Shown in pieces: positions 1 through 8,744 of a stretch of DNA of 64,000 nucleotides. The DNA is from Deltaproteobacteria bacterium. GTDB lineage: Bacteria; Myxococcota; Kuafuiibacteriia; Kuafuiibacteriales; Kuafuiibacteriaceae. A model generated the notes under the pieces. That model was not told the origin of the DNA. It made no database searches and saw nothing but the letters and a program-made list of their open reading frames with translations. The stretch covers positions 64,001-128,000 of the forward strand of contig JAVJQW010000006.1 in the NCBI GenBank assembly GCA_040218735.1, given 5' to 3'. How positions within the stretch are numbered: the first letter of the stretch is position 1; each line of letters begins with the position of its first letter. Position numbers and translations under genes: made by a program.

Positions 1-2
1 TG

Positions 3-1073
3 ATCGAAGAGCCGCCGCCGCCGCCCGACGAGCCGCCGCCCCCGCCGGTGGACGACGACGGGCTCGTGCACCACCGCGCGCCGGCGAAGCGTCGGGTGCT
101 GGTGATTGGCGCTTCGTCGATCCAGTTCGCGGTGGGTGTCGAGTTCGAGAAGCGTCTGCCCACGTACGAGGGGGTGAAGGTGAAGCGCTTCGGTCAGCTC
201 GCGACCGGGCTGTCGCGGCCGGACTTCATGGACTGGCCGAAGAAGCTCGAAGCGCTCGCGTCGGCGTTCAAGCCGGACCTCGTGATCACGAACTTCGGTG
301 GCAACGACGCGCAGGCCATCCCGGTCGGCAAGTACGACAAGATCAAGTTCAGCGACCCGGGGTGGGACGACAAGTACGCGGAGCGGGTGAAGGAGATCAT
401 CACGATCTCCAAGAAACACGGCGCCGACGTCGTCATGCTCGGCATGCCCGTGATGCGGAAGGCGTCGTTCAAGAAGAAGATCAAGCGCCTCAACCGCGTC
501 ACCAAGCAGGCGGCGGAAGAGGAGGGCGCGCTGTTCATCTCGACGTACGAGATGGCGAGCACGAAGAAGGGCGCCTACAAACAGACGATCGAGTTCAACG
601 GCAAGCGCGGCCTGATGCGCACCAGCGACGGCATCCACTACACGCGGCTCGGCGCGAAGTTCATCGTCGAGCAGGTCATGCAGATCGTTCAGCGGCACTA
701 CCGCTTCGTCGATCCGGAGCCCGAGCTGGCGGTGCCGCAGCCGCACGCGTTCGAGTCGAAGATCCTCGGCGAGCGCGTCGACTACGTCGCTTACCTGCCG
801 CGCGGGGAGGGGCCCTTCCCCGGCGTCATCATGGTGCCGGACGAGGCGTGGGCGACGTGGCCCGACCACCCGCACCGTCGCCTGCAGCGCGCGGCGCAGG
901 CGAACAAGAAGCTCATCATCGTGCCGCGGGACGCTTCGCTGTCGAAGCAGGTCATCGCGGACGAGCTGCTACCGGACGCCGCGAAGCACCTCCCGCTCGA
1001 TGGTGACGCCGAGCTGTTGGATCCCGAAGCACGTGCGGCGGCCGAGTGGTGGTCGCCGGCGAGCGGCAGTTAG
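3..1073 (+). CDS. SGNH/GDSL (DUF459-like) hydrolase, 5'-partial, with a degenerate esterase-like C-terminal extension
   Basis: Frame is open from the window start (Pro-rich linker). Motifs VLVIGAS, TGLSRPDF, FGGNDAQ and SDGIHY match SGNH blocks. The C-terminal FESKILGERVDYVAYLP resembles the start of an esterase domain. Confidence 0.75.
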   Translation: MEEPPPPPDEPPPPPVDDDGLVHHRAPAKRRVLVIGASSIQFAVGVEFEKRLPTYEGVKVKRFGQLATGLSRPDFMDWPKKLEALASAFKPDLVITNFGGNDAQAIPVGKYDKIKFSDPGWDDKYAERVKEIITISKKHGADVVMLGMPVMRKASFKKKIKRLNRVTKQAAEEEGALFISTYEMASTKKGAYKQTIEFNGKRGLMRTSDGIHYTRLGAKFIVEQVMQIVQRHYRFVDPEPELAVPQPHAFESKILGERVDYVAYLPRGEGPFPGVIMVPDEAWATWPDHPHRRLQRAAQANKKLIIVPRDASLSKQVIADELLPDAAKHLPLDGDAELLDPEARAAAEWWSPASGS

Positions 1074-2590
1074 CGCTGCATCGCGGCGTCGCGCACGGGC
1101 ACGACCACGTCCGTGCCGTTACCGTACGGCGTGACCGTGCAGCCGCCCATCATGTCGAACTGGACCTCGGCGACCTTCCAGAAGTCGTTCATGTCGGGCG
1201 TGATGTAGTTGCCCTGCAGGAGCGTCGGTCCGTAGCTCGCCATGAGGACGCCGTCGCAGAAGATCCGCACGAGCGCGTCGGCGGGGGCCGGCAGGTCGCC
1301 GCCGATGTCCGCGGTCTCGACGCCGAGCGCGTAGGCGTGCCCGGGCGTGGGGAAGTCGATGAAGATGCGCTGAGGGCCGTAGATGAAGCCGACCCAGAGC
1401 GGGTCGTCCGAGAAGTCCATCGGGTTGTCCCAATCCACGGGGAGGTCGAAGCACCGCGGGCCGCCGCAGTCGTACGCCTCGTCGAACCACGAGGTCGCGA
1501 GCGGGTGGAGGAGGTGCGCGAAGAGGACTTCGTTCGAAGCGTAGCGCGGGACGGTCGGGCTCCAGATCAACTCCATGCGGAAGCCGGAGGCGATCGTCGG
1601 GTTGAACGTGACTTCGCAGGCGGAGGCCTGGCGCAGGTCGTCGATCGCCAGGTAACGCATCCGATAGGTGCCCGCGAGATCGAGGAGCACCGTCGTCGCT
1701 TCCTCGTAGCGTTCGTAGGGCTCGGAGTAGGAGCCCAGCGGCCGCTCCTCCACGCTCCACTCGGTGTGCATGATCTGGCCGTCGTCGACCACCGACGCGC
1801 TCGGGTCCGCCGGGCGATCCACGATCGCGTTCGGGCCGGGTGAGCAGCTGACGGTCGGCGGCGTGTTGCACTTGTCGGCGTCCTCGTCGACGAGCCCGTC
1901 GCGGTCGGCGTCGATTCCGTCCACGCAGTCCAAGACCGATGGACAGCGAAAACCGCCGGCCGGGTCGGCTTCACACGCGCCCGCGAGGCACGGGAAGTAG
2001 GCCTCCTGACGCGGGTCGCAGGTCTCGCCCGGGGCGACGGCGCCCGTGACCCGCAAGAAGACGTCGCCTTCCTCCGGTCCGAAGCCGTCGACGATCGCGG
2101 CGTACCGTCCGGCCGGGAAGTCTTCGATGCGGAAGCGGGACGTGCGGTCGAACGTCGTGTCGGTCTCGGTCTCGTCGGTGCACACCAGGCGGTTCCGCGG
2201 GTCGCAGTCGTTCTCGTAGAAGTGCAGCGTGGTGTCGAAGTTCGATCCTGCGGTCGAAACCTCCAGGAACCAGAGGCGGCCGGGCACATCGAACCCGAAA
2301 ACGAGGTCCTTGCCGCCGCTCGGGAAACATCCTCCTTCGTAGCCGTTGTTCGCGTCGGCGGTGGAGCCCACGCCGATGCCGTCCGCGGAGATCGGTTCGA
2401 TGCCGGGACACTCGGCGAGCGGGATCGCCTCGAAACCGCCGTCACGCGGCGTTTCCTTCTTCATCCCGGCGTCGCAGGAGTTGGTCGTCTCACACGCGAA
2501 GTCTTCGAGTGGGACGACGCGGTCCACCGTGCAGGACGTGCCGACGACGAGCACCCCGAAGACCGAAGAGAGGACGCGTGAAACGGACAC
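1070..2590 (-). CDS. Secreted Cys-containing lipoprotein (myxobacterial-type extracellular beta domains, PKD-like segment)
   Basis: 506-aa ORF with hydrophobic N-terminus and Cys (GTSC), GSNFDTTL motif and D-rich DGIDADRDG segment; host-like codon usage. Confidence 0.6.
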   Translation of the reverse strand: MSVSRVLSSVFGVLVVGTSCTVDRVVPLEDFACETTNSCDAGMKKETPRDGGFEAIPLAECPGIEPISADGIGVGSTADANNGYEGGCFPSGGKDLVFGFDVPGRLWFLEVSTAGSNFDTTLHFYENDCDPRNRLVCTDETETDTTFDRTSRFRIEDFPAGRYAAIVDGFGPEEGDVFLRVTGAVAPGETCDPRQEAYFPCLAGACEADPAGGFRCPSVLDCVDGIDADRDGLVDEDADKCNTPPTVSCSPGPNAIVDRPADPSASVVDDGQIMHTEWSVEERPLGSYSEPYERYEEATTVLLDLAGTYRMRYLAIDDLRQASACEVTFNPTIASGFRMELIWSPTVPRYASNEVLFAHLLHPLATSWFDEAYDCGGPRCFDLPVDWDNPMDFSDDPLWVGFIYGPQRIFIDFPTPGHAYALGVETADIGGDLPAPADALVRIFCDGVLMASYGPTLLQGNYITPDMNDFWKVAEVQFDMMGGCTVTPYGNGTDVVVPVRDAAMQR

Positions 2591-2708
2591 CGCGTGTCCA
2601 ACCTAGCGCCCACGCGGCGTGCCCGCAAAGCGGACGATGCGACGACGAGGCTGGACCGGTAGGTCGGGTGACTTGCGCACCCCGAGGGAAAGCCGTTCAA
2701 TCGCCCTC

Positions 2709-3737
2709 ATGAGGACTTGGGAGATCGCGATCGCCGCGTCATTGGGCGCGTTCGCGTGGGCGTGTGACACAGCGGACGGCACCGAGGGGTCGAGCTGTCC
2801 GAACACCAACAACTGCATCATGCCGTTGGTGTGTATCGACAACATCTGCCAGCAGCCGCCGGCGGAGCGCGACGGGGGTGCGCCGCCGCGCGACGGAGGT
2901 GTCGTGCGCGACGGTGGTCCGCCGCGCGACGGCGGCATCGAGTACGACCAGGCCTTCAACGGCGGGACCTTCACGGTGACACCGGCCGGGACGACCGCGG
3001 GCTTCGATCAGATGACCGGCACCGCCGCGATGGTTCGCGAGGACACCGGCTACACCGACGTCCGCGTCGAGGTGACGGGGCTGACGCCGGACACGACGTT
3101 CGCGACGCACGTGCACGACGCGCCCTGCAACGACAACGGGGGCGGGCCGCACTACAAGATCGACGAGATGGAGATGGACACCATCGAGAGCAACGAGATC
3201 TGGCCGAACATCGACGTGAACACCGACGGCGATGGCGTCGGCCTCATCCGCGTGAATCACTACGCGCGTCCGTCGGCGACGTCGGTCGTGATCCACGAGC
3301 CGATGATGGCGGAGCGCATCGCGTGTGCGGACCTGTCGCCGAACGCGGACCTCACCGGGAACGGGACGTTCGTGGAGCTCGCGGCCGGGGTCGGGCGCGG
3401 GATCACCGGTACCGCCGAGCTTCGTCGTTACCCAGGTGGGACGCAGGCGAGTGTGACCCTGATGGGGAACCTGACGGCCGACACCACGTATCCCATCCAC
3501 GTGCACGCGTCGCCGTGCGACGTGAACAACGGCGGTCCGCACTACAAGATCGACGCGGACGAGAACGAGACCATCGAGGAAAACGAGATCTGGCCGAGCG
3601 CGACGGCGGATGGCACCGGCACGATGGCGATGGGCACGGCGACGACGCCCCACATTGCGCGCTTCGAAGCCGCGTCGTTGGTCGTGCACGATCCGGATAA
3701 CGGCGATCGTCTCCTTTGCGCTGATTTGTGGTGGTAA
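2709..3737 (+). CDS. Lipoprotein with two tandem Cu/Zn-superoxide-dismutase-like domains
   Basis: Lipobox AWAC. Two copies of HVHxxPC..GGPHYKID..NEIWP..S(V/L)V(I/V)H..R(I/L)xC. Confidence 0.75.
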   Translation: MRTWEIAIAASLGAFAWACDTADGTEGSSCPNTNNCIMPLVCIDNICQQPPAERDGGAPPRDGGVVRDGGPPRDGGIEYDQAFNGGTFTVTPAGTTAGFDQMTGTAAMVREDTGYTDVRVEVTGLTPDTTFATHVHDAPCNDNGGGPHYKIDEMEMDTIESNEIWPNIDVNTDGDGVGLIRVNHYARPSATSVVIHEPMMAERIACADLSPNADLTGNGTFVELAAGVGRGITGTAELRRYPGGTQASVTLMGNLTADTTYPIHVHASPCDVNNGGPHYKIDADENETIEENEIWPSATADGTGTMAMGTATTPHIARFEAASLVVHDPDNGDRLLCADLWW

Positions 3738-3749
3738 TCTGAGCCGCGC

Positions 3750-5462
3750 ATGACGCGGCTCGTCTCCTTCACGCTCGGCTTCACACTCCTCGCCGCCTGC
3801 TCCTCCGGCGACGACGGCCCTGAACCCATCCGCGACGGCGGCGTGCGGGACGGCGGCGTCGTTCGCGATGGCGGCCCGCGCGACGGCGGCTACGTCGAGC
3901 CCGACATCTGCGACGAGCTGGGCCTGGCCCGCGTTCCGTTCACGGCGCAGGGCACCGGCTACGCGTTCGGCGACATCGCCGGCGACTTCTCGGTCACGAC
4001 GCTCGCCGGGAGCTGGGTCTTCAGCCAGGAGTGGACCGGCTGCGAGTCGTACACCTTCCTCAACTACCTCCCGGACCAGGCGACGACGTTCGAGGAGGAG
4101 CTGTGGGGCTCCGACCCTTCGGTGTTCGTGGACACGCCGCTCAACGCGCACTTCTTCTTCCTCGTGACGCTCGGGCAGGAGACCGCGCGCGTCGAGCAGC
4201 TCGAGGTGGTGAAGACGCAGATCGACGCGGCGATCGCGGCGTCGACGATGGACGACGAGGAACGTGACAAGCAGCAGCGCCGCTTCCACTACGTCACGGA
4301 TCCTCCGGTGCGGATCGCGGGGAGCGTCAGTGAGCTCATCCAGGACTACAACAGCTACCGCGCCGACCGCGACAACTACGCGGACCTCGGCAACCGCGGT
4401 TTTGCGCCTCCGCCCGCGGCGCACGTGTTTGCGATCGACCGCGACCAGCGTTGGGACTCCGGCGGCAACCTCAACCAGACCGTGGGCTCGCCGCCGAGCT
4501 TCCAGATGGCGTCCTTCCTCCCCGGGTTCTTCGACCACAAGGCGGCGATCCGCGATCGCGTCGCGTCCGAGTCGGGCGTCGAGACGTACGTGCTGGTCGA
4601 CGAGACGGTGACCGAGCGTGAGCTGATCCGCGACGCGATGCTCCCGACCGGAGCGGCGATGGCGAGCTACGACACGCTGGAGGTCGACGTCACCGTGACC
4701 TGCCGCGAGCGCAACGTCTTCGACTGCTCGGAGTGGGACCGCATCGCGCACATCTTCGTGTGTGCGGACGAGACGTGCGCGGATCGCGAGGAGCTCGTCC
4801 GGTGGATCACGCCGTACTGGCGACGCGGGCAGCGGCGCTGGATCATGGACGCCTCGTCGCTGATGGGGCTCGTCGCCGACGGCGGCCAAACCTACTTCCA
4901 GGTCGTCATGGGGCCGACCTGGGAGCGTGCGACGCCGCGCGATGTTCGCGTCGCGGTGCGCCTGTCGAACCAGGGCGCGGGTGAGCGCGCGACGGGCGCC
5001 GCGCTCGCGTTCACGGGCGGCACGTTCGGACCCGACTACAACACCCGCGACCCGTTCAGCTTCACACCTCCGGCGACCGCGTCGCGGGCCGAGCTCGTGG
5101 TCGTGCTGAGCGGCCACGGCCAGGAGGCCGGGAACAACTGCGCCGAGTGGTGCGACCACCGCCACCGCTTCAGCGTCGGCGGGACCGCGCTGCAGGAGAT
5201 TCGACACGAAGGCCAGATCGGATCGCGCGACGGCTGCGGTCCGGCGTCGTCCCGCGGCGTGCCGCCGGGGCAGTACGGCAACTGGGCGCCGGAGCGCGCG
5301 TACTGGTGCCCAGGGCTCCCGGTGGATCCGATCCGCATCGACATCACGAACGAAGTCACGTTCGGGAGCGCGAACACCATCACCTACGAGGGTGCGTTTC
5401 GCACCGGGTCGCCGGCGGGCGGCAACATCAGTCTGAGCGCGTACGTCGTTTGGTACGAGTAG
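3750..5462 (+). CDS. Peptide-N-glycosidase F (PNGase F)-family lipoprotein
   Basis: Lipobox LAAC. PNGase F-like motifs CSEWDR, ELVRWITPY, SGHG, NCAEWC and GNWAPERAYWCPG. Confidence 0.8.
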   Translation: MTRLVSFTLGFTLLAACSSGDDGPEPIRDGGVRDGGVVRDGGPRDGGYVEPDICDELGLARVPFTAQGTGYAFGDIAGDFSVTTLAGSWVFSQEWTGCESYTFLNYLPDQATTFEEELWGSDPSVFVDTPLNAHFFFLVTLGQETARVEQLEVVKTQIDAAIAASTMDDEERDKQQRRFHYVTDPPVRIAGSVSELIQDYNSYRADRDNYADLGNRGFAPPPAAHVFAIDRDQRWDSGGNLNQTVGSPPSFQMASFLPGFFDHKAAIRDRVASESGVETYVLVDETVTERELIRDAMLPTGAAMASYDTLEVDVTVTCRERNVFDCSEWDRIAHIFVCADETCADREELVRWITPYWRRGQRRWIMDASSLMGLVADGGQTYFQVVMGPTWERATPRDVRVAVRLSNQGAGERATGAALAFTGGTFGPDYNTRDPFSFTPPATASRAELVVVLSGHGQEAGNNCAEWCDHRHRFSVGGTALQEIRHEGQIGSRDGCGPASSRGVPPGQYGNWAPERAYWCPGLPVDPIRIDITNEVTFGSANTITYEGAFRTGSPAGGNISLSAYVVWYE

Positions 5463-6660
5463 ACTCCGCGAGGCGCACGGCGTCGAAGCCGAAGCGCTCG
5501 CGGATCTTGTCGACGGTGCTGTGCAGGCGCTCGCCGTCCTGGAACAGGTTGATCTGCTCGTCGAAGAACCCGAGGTTCGACAGCTGCAACCCGAGCAAGC
5601 GAATCGGCCGGTGCGGGTCGCGCGCCTCTTCGTAGATCTGCCGCACGACCGGGTACAGCTCGAGCTCCGAGTGGGTCGGTGAGAACGTGCGCGAGCGCGA
5701 GATGGTGTGGAAGTTCGCGTAGCGGAGCTTCAGCGTCACGGTGCGCCCCTTGATGCCGCGTTTGCGCGCGCGCCAGCACACCCGCTCCGTGAGCGAGCAC
5801 AGCATCGCGTCGATGATCTCGGGGCGGCGGACGTCCTCGTGGAACGTGCGCTCGTTGGAGATGCTCCCGATGATCTCCCCCTCGGGATCGTGCTCCGAGA
5901 AGGCCGGACGGTCGCGGCCGAGATCGCCGGAGCCTTCGCCGACGGAGCTCTTCTTCACGTGCTCGGCCCACGCGCCGAACACCTTGCGCAGACGTTCCAG
6001 CGGCGTTGCGGCGACCTCGCCGAGCGTCCGGATGCCGACCTTCGCGAGCGCCTCCTCGGCGACGGGGCCGATGCCGGGGAGCTTGCGGACGGGGAGCGGC
6101 GCGAGCGTGTCGCGCTCGGCGCCGCGGGGGACGAGCAACACGCCGGCGGGTTTGGCGAGGCCACACGCGACCTTCGACATCGAGCGGCTCGTCGCGATGC
6201 CGGCGCTGGAGGGGAGGCCGATGTCCCGCTTGATCGTCGCGGTGATCTCGCGGACGACGCGGCGGATCGTCTCGTCGTCCGAGGCGTCCTCGGGCTTGCG
6301 GTAGAGCGCCTCGCACCCCGCGAAGTCCATGTACATCTCGTCGATGCTCGCGACCTGCACGATCGGGCACCAGTGCTCCGCGACCTCGCGCACTCGCGCG
6401 GCGTAGGGGACGTAGGTGTCGTGGCGCGTGGAGAGGTAGATCGCGTTGGGCGCAAGCTGGCTTGCGCGGGTGAGGCTCATGCCGGAGCGCACGCCGAGCC
6501 GCCGCACCTCGTAGCTGCACGCCGTCACGACGCCCCGAGAGCCGGGGCGCCCGCCCACGATCACCGGCTTGCCCTCCAGCGAGGGATCGAGCAGGCGCTC
6601 CACGCTCACGAAGAACGTGTCGAGGTCGAGGCAGACGATCCGCGGCTTGTCCCGAGCCAT
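5428..6660 (-). CDS. dinB: DNA polymerase IV (Y-family)
   Basis: Motifs DLDTFFVSVE, SYEVR and SIDEMY; little-finger region SISNERTF and IRLLG. Confidence 0.92.
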   Translation of the reverse strand: MARDKPRIVCLDLDTFFVSVERLLDPSLEGKPVIVGGRPGSRGVVTACSYEVRRLGVRSGMSLTRASQLAPNAIYLSTRHDTYVPYAARVREVAEHWCPIVQVASIDEMYMDFAGCEALYRKPEDASDDETIRRVVREITATIKRDIGLPSSAGIATSRSMSKVACGLAKPAGVLLVPRGAERDTLAPLPVRKLPGIGPVAEEALAKVGIRTLGEVAATPLERLRKVFGAWAEHVKKSSVGEGSGDLGRDRPAFSEHDPEGEIIGSISNERTFHEDVRRPEIIDAMLCSLTERVCWRARKRGIKGRTVTLKLRYANFHTISRSRTFSPTHSELELYPVVRQIYEEARDPHRPIRLLGLQLSNLGFFDEQINLFQDGERLHSTVDKIRERFGFDAVRLAESTRTKRRTRSD

Positions 6661-6663
6661 GGG

Positions 6664-6680
6664 GCTGAACGTTTGTATAT
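6664..6680 (-). promoter_or_regulatory. Putative LexA (SOS) box just upstream of dinB
   Basis: Minus strand ATATACAAACGTTCAGC matches 14 of 17 positions of the Myxococcus LexA consensus CTRHAMRYBYGTTCAGS and ends 3 nt before the ATG. Confidence 0.55.
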
Positions 6681-6728
6681 CATGGGCAGGGCAGGGAAGG
6701 TCCTGAATCGACCGGCGTAGGAAGCACC

Positions 6729-7394
6729 GTGCGCCATGTCATGCTCCTGACCGTCCTGTCCGCAGCGGCCTGTGCCCCGCTGGTCTCCAACCGCGACTTC
6801 TCGTCGCGTGACGTCCACCCGGCGTCCAGCGTCGCCCGCCGGCAGGCGGACGAGGCGCCTTCGAGGACGCCCGCGGCGAAGCCGGTCGTCGTGGCGAAGC
6901 GGAAGCCGGCCCCGGTCGCGAAGCCGGCCCCGGTCGCGAAGCCTGCGCCCGCTCCGGTCGCGGCGCCCGCGCCCGCGCCGAAGCCGGTGCTCGTCGCCGC
7001 GCCCGCGCCGGCGCCCGAGCCCGAGGTCGAGGTCACGGAGGACGTGGAGGAGGAGGTCGCGCCGCGATCCTTCTACGCGTTCACGCAGAGCGAGATCAAA
7101 ACGCTGCGTCGTCGCTCGAAGAAGTTCGATCGTGTCTTCAAGAAACACCGGCGCTGCACGAAGCGGTCGGTGCGGCTGATCGAGAAGCGCGGTCGCCTCC
7201 GCGATCAGATCATCGACCTGCAGAACCGCGACATCCTCACGCCGCGTCAGAAGCAGAAGCTCGAGCGTCTGCGGGACCGCGAGTGGAAGATGAAGAACGA
7301 CCACTCCACGATGGCCGCGTGTGAGCCGCTCGAGCGGCAGCTCACCGACATGCTCCGCGAGACCTACGAGTCGACCGCGCAGCTCGACTACTGA
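6729..7394 (+). CDS. Hypothetical lipoprotein with Pro/Ala/Lys-rich linker and coiled-coil C-terminus
   Basis: Lipobox AAAC; KPAPVA repeats (tandem 18-nt unit near 6902-6937). Confidence 0.65.
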   Translation: MRHVMLLTVLSAAACAPLVSNRDFSSRDVHPASSVARRQADEAPSRTPAAKPVVVAKRKPAPVAKPAPVAKPAPAPVAAPAPAPKPVLVAAPAPAPEPEVEVTEDVEEEVAPRSFYAFTQSEIKTLRRRSKKFDRVFKKHRRCTKRSVRLIEKRGRLRDQIIDLQNRDILTPRQKQKLERLRDREWKMKNDHSTMAACEPLERQLTDMLRETYESTAQLDY

Positions 7395-7810
7395 TCGGGG
7401 TACTGCTCGGCGAGGTGCGCGAGCGACGCTTCGATCAACGCACGCAGCACCCCCTCGTCAATGTCGCTCAGCCGCTTGATGTACAGGCACGCCTTGCCCG
7501 TCTTGTGCGGCCCGAGCTGCTTCAGCAGCTTCGCGCGCGCCGAGAAGCCGTCCATGATGTACAGCACCAGGTTCGCCTTGCGTGGCGCGAAGCCGACCCG
7601 GAAGAACTCACCGGAGCGACCGCTGGCGTACGTGTAGTGGTACGTCCCGAAGCCGACGATCGCGGCGCCCCACATCTTCGGCTTGTCGCCTGTGATGGAC
7701 TTCATCAACGAAGAGACGGCTTTGGCGTCGCGTCGGCGATCGGGATCTTCGATCTGATTCAGGAACGCAGCGGCGCTCGCGGACGTCTTCTTGGTCTTGT
7801 TCTCGGCCAC
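7388..7810 (-). CDS. DUF1801 (YdhG-like) protein
   Basis: Motifs MWGAAIVGFGTYHYTYASG, GFAPRK and LGPHKTGKACLYIKRL. Confidence 0.85.
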   Translation of the reverse strand: MAENKTKKTSASAAAFLNQIEDPDRRRDAKAVSSLMKSITGDKPKMWGAAIVGFGTYHYTYASGRSGEFFRVGFAPRKANLVLYIMDGFSARAKLLKQLGPHKTGKACLYIKRLSDIDEGVLRALIEASLAHLAEQYPDQ

Positions 7811-7821
7811 GTCGCTCGGGC

Positions 7822-8247
7822 TCAGTCGTCGAGCAGGCGGTCCGCGAGCTCGGCGGCCACCGCCTTCGAGAGCGGCTTCGTGACGTACTCGCGGACGAGG
7901 GGGCTCTGCGCCGCGCGCGTTCGATCGTTTTCGTGATCACTCGAGCTGACGATGACCACGACCGGCTTGCGCGCGAGCTCGAGCTTCTGGAGCGCTTCGA
8001 GGAACTCGAAGCCGTTCATCCGCGGCATGTTGATGTCGAGCAGGATGAGGCTCGGCGGGAACCGTTCGTCGTTCGCGGCGGTCTCCTCGAAGTGCTCGAA
8101 GAGCGCGAGCGCGTCTTCGGGTTCCGTGATACCCCAGACGTGTTCGAAGCGCCCGCTGCGCTGCAGGAAGTGCGACGCGAGATAAACGTCCGCGTCGCTG
8201 TCGTCGACGATCATCGCCGAGAACACTTTTCCGGGTGCAGCTACCAT
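7822..8247 (-). CDS. Single-domain response regulator (REC); true start may be slightly downstream
   Basis: Motifs [19 protein letters not shown] and YVTKP. Confidence 0.85.
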   Translation of the reverse strand: MVAAPGKVFSAMIVDDSDADVYLASHFLQRSGRFEHVWGITEPEDALALFEHFEETAANDERFPPSLILLDINMPRMNGFEFLEALQKLELARKPVVVIVSSSDHENDRTRAAQSPLVREYVTKPLSKAVAAELADRLLDD

Positions 8248-8343
8248 CGCTACGCTATCCGACTCCTATTTTTCGCCGAAACCTCCGCCACGTCTACTGT
8301 CGAAATGTCGACATCCTCGCGGTAGGTTCCGCCCCGGGCGCTC

Positions 8344-8643
8344 ATGTTCGACAAACACCTCACTGGCCTCGTCGTCCTCGGAATCGGTCTCGTGCAGTTC
8401 GCGGCGGGGCTCTTGGCCCCGCGTCGCATCGACGAGATGCTCATCAGCAGCGGTATCCTGGCGCTCGCCTCCGTCATCTTGTTCACCTGGCGCTCGCCCC
8501 GCGCACGTCAGGTCGTAATCGGTTTGTTGGGCGTCAGCATCGCGGTTTTCTTCGTTTTGATGCTCCGCGCGCCTCAGGAAGTGCCACGTACCCTCGTCCT
8601 CGGCCTCGCCGCCTCCGCCGTCGTCGTATTCATGCGCCGCTGA
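8344..8643 (+). CDS. Small multi-pass membrane protein
   Basis: 99 aa with about four hydrophobic segments. Confidence 0.55.
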   Translation: MFDKHLTGLVVLGIGLVQFAAGLLAPRRIDEMLISSGILALASVILFTWRSPRARQVVIGLLGVSIAVFFVLMLRAPQEVPRTLVLGLAASAVVVFMRR

Positions 8644-8744
8644 CGTGTCGGCGTGGCACAGGACCACGACACGCGCTCAAATCCGCCGCCGAGCCACCGT
8701 TTTCAGCGAGTGGAGGTCCCCGTCGCGGGGACCCCACGCGTCGG

